This document shows positions 8,447 to 17,471 of a stretch of DNA of 64,000 bases, piece after piece. A program made the translations under genes and the position numbers. Source of the DNA: Candidatus Omnitrophota bacterium (GTDB taxonomy: Bacteria; Omnitrophota; Gorgyraeia; Gygaellales; Profunditerraquicolaceae); assembly GCA_041653115.1 (NCBI GenBank), contig JBAZGA010000007.1, positions 1,646 to 65,645 of the forward strand. The letters are read 5' to 3'. How positions within the stretch are numbered: the first letter of the stretch is position 1; each line of letters opens with the position of its first letter. The notes under the pieces are model-generated. The model saw only the letters and a list, made by a program, of their open reading frames with translations, searched no databases and was not told where the DNA came from.

Positions 8447-9256
8447 ATGGATAATTTTATTTTTGAATTAAAAGATGTCTATTTTTCGTATTTGGGCAAA
8501 TACCCCGCCTTATGCGGATTAGATATCGGGATTAAAGCGGGAGAGAAAGTGGCGGTTATCGGCGCGAACGGCTCCGGCAAGTCCACGCTTTTGCATATGC
8601 TGGACGGTTTGATTTTTCCCGACAAAGGCACAATCAAGGCTTTTGGGGAGGAGTTAAAAGAGGGTTTATTCAACGAGGAAAGTTTTACCCGCAGCTTTAG
8701 AAAGAAGGTGGGCTTAGTCTTTCAGAATTCTGATATCCAGTTATTCTGCCCGACAGTAAAAGAAGATATCACTTTCGGCCCTTTGCAGCTGGGGGTAGGA
8801 AGAGAAGAGGTCGAGAAGCGCCTGCTGAGTTTAGCGGATATTTTGGGAATTGCAGGGCTGCTGGACCGCTCGCCGCACCAGCTCAGCATCGGCGAAAAGC
8901 GCAAAGTCGCTATCGCCTCAACACTGGCAATTGACCCTGAAGTCATAATCTTGGATGAACCGACAGCGGGGTTAGACCCCCTGACCAGCCGGCATATCAT
9001 CGATTTTTTAATCGAGGCAAACCTCTCGGGTAAGACCATTATTACTTCTACGCAGGACCTGCACATCGTCGAAGAAATAGCCGATAAAATTTATGTTTTT
9101 AACGCGGAAAAGAAGATTATTAAATCCGGCCTTGCCAGCGAAATCCTCCTCGATACGGAATTCTTGCGGGAAAATAACCTGATCCACATCCACCGGCACA
9201 AGCATCGGGATACAATCCACACCCATCCGCACCATCACCTTGACCACCACCAATAA
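8447..9256 (+). CDS. cbiO: ECF transporter ATPase CbiO with C-terminal His-rich tail
   Basis: Walker A GANGSGKST, ABC signature LSIGEKRK, Walker B ILDEP; tail HIHRHKHRDTIHTHPHHHLDHHQ. Confidence 0.85.
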   Translation: MDNFIFELKDVYFSYLGKYPALCGLDIGIKAGEKVAVIGANGSGKSTLLHMLDGLIFPDKGTIKAFGEELKEGLFNEESFTRSFRKKVGLVFQNSDIQLFCPTVKEDITFGPLQLGVGREEVEKRLLSLADILGIAGLLDRSPHQLSIGEKRKVAIASTLAIDPEVIILDEPTAGLDPLTSRHIIDFLIEANLSGKTIITSTQDLHIVEEIADKIYVFNAEKKIIKSGLASEILLDTEFLRENNLIHIHRHKHRDTIHTHPHHHLDHHQ

Positions 9257-9333
9257 ATAGGCTAAATACTAGAGGTTGCCTTAAGTTATGCTTTATGATA
9301 AAATAGCCTTGTTTTCCAAAAAGGAGATACCGG

Positions 9334-10077
9334 ATGGTAAATTTCTTATGGGCGATTACGGCCAGCATTATCGTCAGCCTGGTTTCTTTAGTGGGGATTT
9401 TCAGCCTGCTGATTAAAGAAGGATGGTTGAATAAAATACTGCTCATTTTAATCGGCTTTTCCGCCGGGGCTTTAATCGGCGGCGCATTCCTGCACCTTTT
9501 GCCCGAGGCCTTAGAGGAACTGGACAGCCTGTATGTTTTTTCCTGTGTTATTTTAGGGTTTATTATTTTCTTTGTCCTGGAGCGCTACTTTTACTGGCGC
9601 CACTGCCATAACGGCGTATGCAGCATCCACGCTTTTACTTATCTTAATTTAATCGGCGACGGGATTCACAATTTTACCGATGGCTTGGTTATCGGCGCAA
9701 GTTTCTTAGTCGGTACCCATTTCGGAGTGATTACTACCGTGGTAATTATTTTTCATGAAATACCCCAGGAGATCGGCGATTTCGGGGTGCTGGTGTACGG
9801 AGGCTTTACCAAGGTAAGGGCCCTCATTTTTAATTTCATTTCCGCCTTAAGCTGTATATTAGGCACCGTCGCCGGATATTTAGCCGCGGCGAATATTGAG
9901 AATTTTTCGCCGTACCTCCTCTCCTTTACGGCGGGGGGGTTTATTTATATCGCTGCCTGCGACCTGATCCCCGAATTGCATAAACAGCCCGATTTGAAAA
10001 AAAGCCTGGCATCGATGCTGGCTTTTCTCCTGGGCATCCTCTTTATTCTTTCGGCAAGGGCCATGCAAGGCCATTAA
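9334..10077 (+). CDS. ZIP-family divalent metal transporter (ZupT-like)
   Basis: HEIPQEIGDF motif typical of ZIP family, 8 predicted TM. Confidence 0.75.
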   Translation: MVNFLWAITASIIVSLVSLVGIFSLLIKEGWLNKILLILIGFSAGALIGGAFLHLLPEALEELDSLYVFSCVILGFIIFFVLERYFYWRHCHNGVCSIHAFTYLNLIGDGIHNFTDGLVIGASFLVGTHFGVITTVVIIFHEIPQEIGDFGVLVYGGFTKVRALIFNFISALSCILGTVAGYLAAANIENFSPYLLSFTAGGFIYIAACDLIPELHKQPDLKKSLASMLAFLLGILFILSARAMQGH

Positions 10078-10078
10078 A

Positions 10079-11065
10079 ATGAAAGCTATCGCATTAATCT
10101 CCGGAGGCCTGGACAGTATTCTGGCGGCCAAGGTAATTAAAAGCCAAGGCATAGAAGTCATTCCTTTAAAATTTATCATTCCCTTTTCCGGCACCGGTAA
10201 AGAGAGGATAAATTCTCTTGTCAGAGATAGCCTGGGCAAAGAGGCAAAGACAATGGATATCAGCGCAGATTTTTTAAAATTACTGGAAAAACCCAGGCAC
10301 GGTTTTGGCTCCGGCATGAACCCCTGTATAGACTGCAAGATTCTGATGTTAACCAGGGCAAAGGAACTGATGCGCAAGTGGCAGGCGGATTTTGTGGTGA
10401 CAGGCGAAGTTTTGGGGCAGCGGCCGATGTCCCAGAATAAGCAGGCCCTGGGAATTATTGAAAAAAAAGCCGGCTTAGAAGGACTGTTACTGAGGCCTTT
10501 ATCAGCCAGGGCGATTGCGGAAACCGTCCCGGAAAAAGAAAACTGGGTCAGGCGAGGCGAGCTCTTTAGTTTTATCGGCAGGAGCCGCCAGCCCCAGATA
10601 GAACTGGCAAGGGCCTTGAAGATTAAGGATTATGCCCAGCCGGCAGGAGGCTGCTTGTTGACTGACCCGGAATTTTCCAAAAGGCTCAAGGAGCTGATTA
10701 CCCGCGGAGAGTTGAATCTTAATAATATAGAATTGCTGAAGATTGGCAGGCATTTCCGGATTGCCGCGGGAACGAAATTAGTCGTGGGCCGCAATGAAAA
10801 GGAAAACCGGAAGCTGGAGAACTTGGCCCGGCAGGACGACTATCTTTTTTATCCTGGCGCGGAATTGGCAGGCCCGACTTCTTTAGGCAGGGGCAGCTTT
10901 AACGCCGAGCTGCTTAAGCTTTCCTGCCGGATTACCTGCCGCTATTGCGACCTTAAGGGGGAAGCTGGCGCCGCGATAACCTATAGAAGAATTCCCGAAA
11001 AAGAGGATAATAGCTTAAGGGTTTCGCCGCCGGAAAAAGAGGAGTTGGCTAATTTACGCGTATGA
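10079..11065 (+). CDS. ThiI-like PP-loop ATP pyrophosphatase (AANH domain) lacking THUMP domain
   Basis: SGGLDS PP-loop at N-terminus, TGEVLGQRPMSQ matching ThiI TGESLGQVASQ, CxxC. Confidence 0.5.
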   Translation: MKAIALISGGLDSILAAKVIKSQGIEVIPLKFIIPFSGTGKERINSLVRDSLGKEAKTMDISADFLKLLEKPRHGFGSGMNPCIDCKILMLTRAKELMRKWQADFVVTGEVLGQRPMSQNKQALGIIEKKAGLEGLLLRPLSARAIAETVPEKENWVRRGELFSFIGRSRQPQIELARALKIKDYAQPAGGCLLTDPEFSKRLKELITRGELNLNNIELLKIGRHFRIAAGTKLVVGRNEKENRKLENLARQDDYLFYPGAELAGPTSLGRGSFNAELLKLSCRITCRYCDLKGEAGAAITYRRIPEKEDNSLRVSPPEKEELANLRV

Positions 11066-12069
11066 AAGAAGCCTTGCTTTACGAAAAACTGGAAAACAAG
11101 TTCGTCAGCTGTTTTCTCTGCAGCCATCATTGTAAGATTGCCGACGAGAAATTCGGGTTCTGCGGGGTGAGGCAGAATTTAGGAGGCGTACTTTTTACTT
11201 ACGCCTACGGCAAGGTGATTGCCGCGCACGTTGATCCCATCGAAAAAAAACCCCTCTATCATTTTTTACCGGGCTCTCTCAGTTTTTCCGTTGCTACTCT
11301 CGGCTGTAATTTCCGCTGCGAATTTTGCCAGAACTGGGAAATTTCGCAATGTTCCTTCAGGGATTCCGACTGCGGGGGGACGGTTTTTCCTCCCGAGGAA
11401 ATCGTAAAGGAGGCGTTAAAATCTAAATGCCGCAGCATCGCCTATACTTATACCGAGCCGACAATATTTTTTGAATACGCCTATGAAACGGCTAAATTAG
11501 CCAAGGCCAACGGCCTAAAGAATATTTTTGTGACCAACGGTTATATGACCAAGGAATGCCTGGAGATGGCCAGCCCTTATTTAGACGCGGCTAATGTGGA
11601 CCTGAAGTTTTTTCGGGAGGAGTCCTATAAAAAAATCTGCGCCGCAAAATTACACCCGGTGCTTGATTCCATCATCATTATGAAAAAGATGGGCATTTGG
11701 GTTGAGGTCACTACGCTGGTTATCCCCGGAGAAAATGATTCCGAGTCTGAATTAGGGGATATCGCCGGCTTTCTTGCCAGCCTCGATAAGGATATCCCCT
11801 GGCACGTATCGCGCTTTCATCCCGACTATAACTTTGGCCATCGGCATCCCACGCCCGAAGCCACTCTGGAGAAAGCTAAAGCCATCGGGGAGAGAGCGGG
11901 ATTAAGGTTTATTTATGCCGGCAATGTCTCTGGCTGGGGAAGTGATACCGCCTGCCCCGGATGCGCAAAGGTATCGATCAGACGCGAAGGTTTCTCCGTT
12001 CTGGAGAATAATCTGATTAACGGCAAGTGCGCTGATTGCGGGAGAATAATCCCCGGCTTATTTAGTTAG
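11062..12069 (+). CDS. radical SAM enzyme of the AmmeMemoRadiSam / PFL-activase-like family
   Basis: N-terminal C-x2-C-x5-C region, DPIEKKPLYHF, GCNFRCEFCQNW radical-SAM cluster motif. Confidence 0.65.
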   Translation: MKEALLYEKLENKFVSCFLCSHHCKIADEKFGFCGVRQNLGGVLFTYAYGKVIAAHVDPIEKKPLYHFLPGSLSFSVATLGCNFRCEFCQNWEISQCSFRDSDCGGTVFPPEEIVKEALKSKCRSIAYTYTEPTIFFEYAYETAKLAKANGLKNIFVTNGYMTKECLEMASPYLDAANVDLKFFREESYKKICAAKLHPVLDSIIIMKKMGIWVEVTTLVIPGENDSESELGDIAGFLASLDKDIPWHVSRFHPDYNFGHRHPTPEATLEKAKAIGERAGLRFIYAGNVSGWGSDTACPGCAKVSIRREGFSVLENNLINGKCADCGRIIPGLFS

Positions 12070-12096
12070 GCATCCGGCATAGGGTTTTTTGTTGAG

Positions 12097-12684
12097 ATGA
12101 AAGGAAAAAAAGCGCTTTTAATCGTGGATATGCAGAACGACTTCTGCCCGGGCGGAGCGCTGGGTATCCCCGAAGGCGATAAGACTATTCCGGCGATTAA
12201 CAAGTATATAAAAATTTTCAGCAGGAAAAAGCTGCCGGTTTTTGCCACGCGCGACTGGCATCCGGCGCGGACGAAGCACTTTAAATCCTTTGGCGGGGCA
12301 TGGCCGGCGCACTGCATTGAGAATACCCCGGGCGCCCAATTCCACCCCAAACTAAAACTCCCCAAGGCAGCGATTCTTTTATACAAGGGTATGGACCCGG
12401 AAAAGGACAGCTACTCTGCTTTTCAGGCAGAGGACGAAAAAGGCACGGGCCTCTTAAAGTGGCTGGGGCTTTTAGGAGTAAACGAGATTTATATTGCGGG
12501 TCTCGCCACTGATTATTGCGTGAAGTTTTCTACCCATGATGCGGTAAAAGAGGGTTTGAAGGTAAAGGTATTGGCCGATGCCGTAAAAGGAGTTGACCTC
12601 AAGCCGGATGATTCTAAAAAAGCGATTAAAAAAATGCTCAAAGAAGGCGCAAAATTAATCACCTTAAAACAGATGCGAGGTTAA
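12097..12684 (+). CDS. pncA: nicotinamidase/pyrazinamidase (isochorismatase family)
   Basis: [16 protein letters not shown], catalytic Cys in ATDYCVKFS context. Confidence 0.7.
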   Translation: MKGKKALLIVDMQNDFCPGGALGIPEGDKTIPAINKYIKIFSRKKLPVFATRDWHPARTKHFKSFGGAWPAHCIENTPGAQFHPKLKLPKAAILLYKGMDPEKDSYSAFQAEDEKGTGLLKWLGLLGVNEIYIAGLATDYCVKFSTHDAVKEGLKVKVLADAVKGVDLKPDDSKKAIKKMLKEGAKLITLKQMRG

Positions 12685-12685
12685 G

Positions 12686-13459
12686 ATGAAGCTGGACGAT
12701 ATTAAAATTTCTAAGGCAATAATAGATTCATACAGCAAGAAACTGATTAATGCCCTGGAGGCTGATGTGGCGATAGTCGGCGCCGGGCCTGCCGGGATGG
12801 CCTGCGGCTACTACCTGGCCAAGGCCGGCAAAAAGGCAGTGCTCTTTGAAAGGAAGCTTTCCGTCGGAGGAGGAATGTGGGGCGGCGGGATTATGTTCAA
12901 TGAAATCGTAATCCAGGGAAAAGCTAAGAAAATTATGGACGAATTCGGCGTCAGGACTAAAACCTATGAGCCGGGGTATTATATCGCGGATTCCGTGGAA
13001 TCGGTATCCACCATTTGTTCAAAAGCGGTTAAAGCGGGCCTGAAGATTTTTAACCTTTTGAGCGCCGAAGACGTGATGATTAGAAAAAATTGTATTTGCG
13101 GCCTGGTCTTAAACTGGAGCGCGGTAGAAATCGCCGGCCTGCATGTTGACCCCATCACCATGCGGGCAAAATTTGTCGTGGATGCCACCGGCCATCCTGC
13201 GGAAGTCGTGCGCGTTGCCGTTAAAAAATCCGGGCTTAAACTTAAGACAAAGACCGGGGACCTGCTCGGCGAAAATTCAATGTGGGCGGAAATGGGAGAA
13301 GAGACGATTGTTAAACACTCAAAGGAAGTATTGCCCGGCCTTTATACCTGCGGTATGTGCGCAAATGCCGTCACCGGCGGACCGCGCATGGGCCCGGTAT
13401 TCGGCGGGATGCTGCTTTCGGGCAAGAAAGTTGCCGGAGATTTGCTGAAGAGGCTCTGA
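12686..13459 (+). CDS. thi4: thiazole synthase Thi4 family (sulfide-dependent type)
   Basis: [13 protein letters not shown] motif, GGGMWGGG, conserved Cys in CGMC region. Confidence 0.75.
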   Translation: MKLDDIKISKAIIDSYSKKLINALEADVAIVGAGPAGMACGYYLAKAGKKAVLFERKLSVGGGMWGGGIMFNEIVIQGKAKKIMDEFGVRTKTYEPGYYIADSVESVSTICSKAVKAGLKIFNLLSAEDVMIRKNCICGLVLNWSAVEIAGLHVDPITMRAKFVVDATGHPAEVVRVAVKKSGLKLKTKTGDLLGENSMWAEMGEETIVKHSKEVLPGLYTCGMCANAVTGGPRMGPVFGGMLLSGKKVAGDLLKRL

Positions 13460-13463
13460 AAAA

Positions 13464-14741
13464 ATGAAGCTTTTATCCTTAGCCATATTTTTGCTCTGTT
13501 ATGCTTGTATCACTTATTTTATGAACTGCCAGAAATATAAGTATGTGCTTCTGGCGGTATATTCAGGCGTAAGCGCGCTTTTGTTGGCCAGGGCGGTTAA
13601 CTTAACTCAAGCCTTGTCTTCCATAAACATCAATGTCTTGGGCGTATTCCTGGGCACGATGGTTTTATCCAGCCTTTTTATCTATTCGGGCGTGCCGGTG
13701 TATCTGGCCGCGGCTTTAGTCAATAAATCCAAAAACGTATCTATGGCGATGCTCTTGGTTTGCGGCCTTGCCGGCTTTATCTCCAGTTTTACCGAGAACG
13801 TGGCTACGGTTTTAATCGTCGCCCCCATTGCCCTGGAAATCGCAAAAAAAGTAAAAATTAACCCTGTTCCCTTATTAATCGGCGTAGCACTCTCCAGCAA
13901 TTTGCAGGGCGTGGCGACGATGATCGGCGATTCGCCGAGCATTATTTTAGCGATGGAGTCGGGGATGAACTTTAATGATTTCTTTTGGATGCAGGGCAGG
14001 CCGGGGATATTTTTTGCCGTGGAATTAGGCGCGCTTGGTGCGTTTTTTGTTTTGTGGCTGTTATTTAAAAGGCATAACCAGGCAGTGCAGAAAATAGAGA
14101 TAGCAAAACCAAAAACCTGGGTCCCTGCCATACTGATGTCTTTGATGGTCTTAAGCCTGGTGCTATCCTCGTTTATAAAGAATCGGCCGCAATATAGCAT
14201 TGCCTTTATCTGTTTATTTTGGGCGGTAGTAGCATTGGTCTGGCATGAATTAAGCCATCGCGAGAGCATTTCTTTAGTCAGGAATTTGGACTGGCAGACT
14301 TTCTTTTTCTTAATCGGGATATTTATCCTGGTGGGAAGCCTGACCTATAACGGCATCATCGAGGATATTGCCGGCAAGATATCCTCGATTGCGGGTAAAA
14401 ATGCGCTATTTGCCTATATGCTGATTGTCTGGATTTCCGTGCTGATCTCGGCTTTTGTCGATAATATACCCTATACCATTGCTATGATCCCGGTAGCAAA
14501 AATTGTTGCAAGTAATTTAGGGCTCCCCATGTATCCTTTTTTATTCGGCCTTTTAATCGGCACCTGCCTCGGCGGCAACATTACCCCGATAGGCGCTTCC
14601 TGTAATGTGGTCACGATGGGTATTTTGCGCAGGCAGGGTTATAAATTAAGGTTTAATGAATTCGTAAAAATAGGTTTACCTTTTACATTTGTCGCCGTAC
14701 TAATAGGGGCTTTATTTGTCTGGTTTGTCTGGGCTAAATAA
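13464..14741 (+). CDS. anion permease of the ArsB/NhaD superfamily
   Basis: about 12 TM helices with internal duplication, no soluble domains. Confidence 0.5.
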   Translation: MKLLSLAIFLLCYACITYFMNCQKYKYVLLAVYSGVSALLLARAVNLTQALSSININVLGVFLGTMVLSSLFIYSGVPVYLAAALVNKSKNVSMAMLLVCGLAGFISSFTENVATVLIVAPIALEIAKKVKINPVPLLIGVALSSNLQGVATMIGDSPSIILAMESGMNFNDFFWMQGRPGIFFAVELGALGAFFVLWLLFKRHNQAVQKIEIAKPKTWVPAILMSLMVLSLVLSSFIKNRPQYSIAFICLFWAVVALVWHELSHRESISLVRNLDWQTFFFLIGIFILVGSLTYNGIIEDIAGKISSIAGKNALFAYMLIVWISVLISAFVDNIPYTIAMIPVAKIVASNLGLPMYPFLFGLLIGTCLGGNITPIGASCNVVTMGILRRQGYKLRFNEFVKIGLPFTFVAVLIGALFVWFVWAK

Positions 14742-14752
14742 AGGATTAAAAA

Positions 14753-15871
14753 ATGGCAAAAGACCCGGTTTGCGGAATGCAGGTAAATGAAGAGAGCGCG
14801 ATTAAATTAACTAAAGGCGCGCAGGATTATTTTTTCTGCAGCCCCGGCTGCAGAGATAAATTCCAGAAAAAGCCTTTTTTCAAGAACCGGTTATTTATCA
14901 CCAGTTTAATTCCCGCTGTCCTGGTTATCGCTTCGTTTTTCTTTCCTCCCCTGGAACCGTTCCGCAAAGTATTTTTGATGTATTTAAAAACCATCTGGTG
15001 GGCGGTGATTTTAGGATTATTCTTGGGCGGGCTCATTGATTATTATATCCCGCGCGAATATATTTCAAAAATTCTCTCCAAGCATTCGCCCTTTACTATT
15101 TTTAACGCGGTATTTTTAGGATTCCTGATGAGCGCCTGCAGCCACGGGATCCTGGCTTTATCCATCCAACTGCATAAAAAGGGAGCTTCTAACCCTGCGG
15201 TAGTGAGTTTTCTTCTCGCCAGCCCCTGGGCAAATTTAACGATTACCGTGATGTTAATCAGCCTTTTTGGATTAAAAGGGTTATTTATCATTATTGCCGC
15301 GATAATCGTAGCGATCAATACCGGTTTTATATTCATGTTTTTAGAAAAAAAGGGGCTGATTGAAAAAAATAAAAATGCGGTAGAGGTGCCTGAGGGATTC
15401 TCGATATTGGGTGATTTAAGGCTGCGCCTCAAGAACTACAGTTTCGGCTTACGCCGTTTGATCTACGATTTTTCAGGAACAATCAAGGGGGCTTTAACGC
15501 TTGCCGATATGGTCTTATGGTGGATTATCCTGGGTATATTCATCGCCAGTGTATCCGGCGCATATATCCCGGTGCATTTTTTTCATAAATTTATGGGGCC
15601 GACTTTTTTAGGACTCTGGGTGACCTTGGCCCTGGCTACCGTAATCGAGGTCTGTTCGGAAGGCTCATCTCCGTTATCTTTTGAGATTTACCGGCAGACC
15701 GGAGCCCTGGGGAATAGCTTTGTTTTTTTAATGGCGGGTGTCGCTACCGATTATACCGAAATCGGGCTTTTATGGGCTAATGTCGGCAGGCGCGTTGCCT
15801 TATGGCTGCCTGTTGTTACCGTGCCCCAGGTTATCCTTATCGGGTATCTGTCCAACGTTATTTTTAAATAA
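14753..15871 (+). CDS. ArsP/DUF318-like permease with N-terminal YHS metal-binding domain
   Basis: DPVCGMQV...YFFCSPGC YHS motif followed by polytopic permease with paired CSxG motifs. Confidence 0.5.
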   Translation: MAKDPVCGMQVNEESAIKLTKGAQDYFFCSPGCRDKFQKKPFFKNRLFITSLIPAVLVIASFFFPPLEPFRKVFLMYLKTIWWAVILGLFLGGLIDYYIPREYISKILSKHSPFTIFNAVFLGFLMSACSHGILALSIQLHKKGASNPAVVSFLLASPWANLTITVMLISLFGLKGLFIIIAAIIVAINTGFIFMFLEKKGLIEKNKNAVEVPEGFSILGDLRLRLKNYSFGLRRLIYDFSGTIKGALTLADMVLWWIILGIFIASVSGAYIPVHFFHKFMGPTFLGLWVTLALATVIEVCSEGSSPLSFEIYRQTGALGNSFVFLMAGVATDYTEIGLLWANVGRRVALWLPVVTVPQVILIGYLSNVIFK

Positions 15872-15889
15872 ATAATTTTTTTCTTGACA

Positions 15890-15912
15890 AATGATACTTT
15901 TATGGTATCATT
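15890..15912. promoter_or_regulatory. palindrome AATGATAC-N7-GTATCATT in promoter region (TTGACA 15885-15890, TATAAT 15912-15917) of Rrf2 regulator gene; candidate Rrf2 operator
   Basis: perfect 8-bp inverted arms read from sequence, abutting -35 and overlapping -10. Confidence 0.4.
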
Positions 15913-15939
15913 ATAATTGCAAGAAAGGAGGCCATCAAG

Positions 15940-16023
15940 ATGGATATAACCATCCGCTATATGCTGCGTCCCGTGGCACATTGTAAGGAAGGTTGCCACA
16001 AGTTGTCCTGGGCACGACAATAA
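15940..16023 (+). CDS. possible 27-aa peptide MDITIRYMLRPVAHCKEGCHKLSWARQ with strong SD
   Basis: AGGAGG 8 nt upstream of ATG; HCxxGCH motif; too short for ORF track. Confidence 0.2.
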   Translation: MDITIRYMLRPVAHCKEGCHKLSWARQ

Positions 16024-16057
16024 ACTGCCCCTGGCTTTTCTAAATAACCGGAGGCGA

Positions 16058-16459
16058 TTGATGAAATTGATTACCCGGAATACCGATTATGCCTTGAGGG
16101 CTTTATGCTTTATTGCGAAACATAGCGCAAAAAGAACGACAGTATCAGAGTTAACTGGTGAAATAAATGTCTCGCGCCCTTTTTTAAGGAAAATCCTGCA
16201 AATACTGGAGAAAAAGAGATTCCTGAAATCATATAAAGGTCAAGGCGGCGGTTTTGAATTAGGGCTTCCTCCCGGTAAGATATTTTTACCCGATTTAATG
16301 AAAATATTTCAAGGGCCGTTTAAATTAAATGAGTGTTTTTTAATGGGGCATCTTTGCCCGAATATTAAAAAATGCCTGCTTAAGAAGAAAATAGATAAAA
16401 TAGAAAGCTACGCAATTAGAGAGTTAAATAAAGTGAGCATCGCTTATTTATTGAGGTAA
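16058..16459 (+). CDS. Rrf2-family transcriptional regulator with 3-Cys putative Fe-S ligands (IscR/SufR-like)
   Basis: N-terminal wHTH typical of Rrf2 (TDYALRAL), C-x8-C-x6-C in C-terminal part. Confidence 0.7.
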   Translation: MMKLITRNTDYALRALCFIAKHSAKRTTVSELTGEINVSRPFLRKILQILEKKRFLKSYKGQGGGFELGLPPGKIFLPDLMKIFQGPFKLNECFLMGHLCPNIKKCLLKKKIDKIESYAIRELNKVSIAYLLR

Positions 16460-16463
16460 AAAA

Positions 16464-16673
16464 ATGATTTTAAAATGCCCGGGCCAGGATGACAGGAATC
16501 TGAAGGTAGAAATGCTGAAATGCCCGGATTGCGGCTGTGCGGTAGAGATTTTTTCCGATGAAATAAAGGCGCGCTGCCCCAGATGCAAGAGCTTGATTTT
16601 TCGGGTGAGGCTTCCTTCCTGCGCGGACTGGTGTAAATCTGCGCGGGAGTGTACCGGTCAGGGGCCTAAATAA
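16464..16673 (+). CDS. small Cys-rich (9 Cys) zinc-ribbon-like protein
   Basis: multiple CxxC pairs; sits between Rrf2 regulator and sufC. Confidence 0.4.
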   Translation: MILKCPGQDDRNLKVEMLKCPDCGCAVEIFSDEIKARCPRCKSLIFRVRLPSCADWCKSARECTGQGPK

Positions 16674-16736
16674 CTGTTGTCTAAGTTATGGGAGCGTTAT
16701 ATGATATTAGGCAGCAGAGGAATTAAATAACGGAGA

Positions 16737-17471
16737 GTGAAATTGGCTATGCTTAACGTAAGAAATCTTTCAGTCAGGGTTGGCGGAAAAACCATACTCA
16801 GAGATATAAACCTGGAGATCAGAAAAGGCCAGATATTGGTCCTTTTCGGCCCCAACGGAAGCGGGAAAACCACGCTGATTAAGACGATTATGGGTTTTAG
16901 CGGCTATGAGATAGAAAATGGCGAAATACTCTTCGGGGGAGAAAAACTAAACGGCATCCCCATAGAAGAAAGGGTAAAACGCGGGATCGGGATAATGTAT
17001 CAGCATCCGCCCAAGATCAGGGGGGTCAAGCTTTCTCAGGTGGCGCAATTTTTATCGCAGGATACAAGCCTGATTCAAGGCCTGGCAGAGAAGCTTTCCC
17101 TAAAAGAGCATTTAGACCGCGAGATCAATCTTAATTTTTCCGGCGGCGAGATGAAGCGTTCGGAGTTATTCCAGATGCTTTTACAGAAGCCCGAGCTCCT
17201 GCTTTTAGATGAACCCGAATCCGGGGTTGACCTGGAGAATATCTCGATTATGGGCGGGGTTTTAAATGAATACCTCAAAGAGAAGGACAAGTCGGCTTTA
17301 ATTATTACTCACACAGGCTATATTTTGGATTATATCAAGGCAAAAAAAGGCTGCGTAATGATTGAAGGTAAGTTATGGTGTCTAGGCAGCCCCAAAGAGA
17401 TGTTCGAGAGCATTAAAAAAGAAGGTTATGAAAAGTGCAGGGAGTGCCATGAGCCAAAAAGGGTGGAATAA
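16737..17471 (+). CDS. sufC: Fe-S cluster assembly ATPase SufC
   Basis: Walker A GPNGSGKTT, ABC signature FSGGEMKR, Walker B LLLDEPESG. Confidence 0.75.
   Translation: MKLAMLNVRNLSVRVGGKTILRDINLEIRKGQILVLFGPNGSGKTTLIKTIMGFSGYEIENGEILFGGEKLNGIPIEERVKRGIGIMYQHPPKIRGVKLSQVAQFLSQDTSLIQGLAEKLSLKEHLDREINLNFSGGEMKRSELFQMLLQKPELLLLDEPESGVDLENISIMGGVLNEYLKEKDKSALIITHTGYILDYIKAKKGCVMIEGKLWCLGSPKEMFESIKKEGYEKCRECHEPKRVE

Noticed and set aside
9880-10377. 165-aa minus-strand ORF across the ZIP/ThiI-like junction
   Set aside because: Overlaps two + strand genes with clear motifs. No independent support.
13682-14269. 195-aa minus-strand ORF within the ArsB/NhaD-like permease
   Set aside because: Antisense to a polytopic membrane protein gene. 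Shadow ORF.
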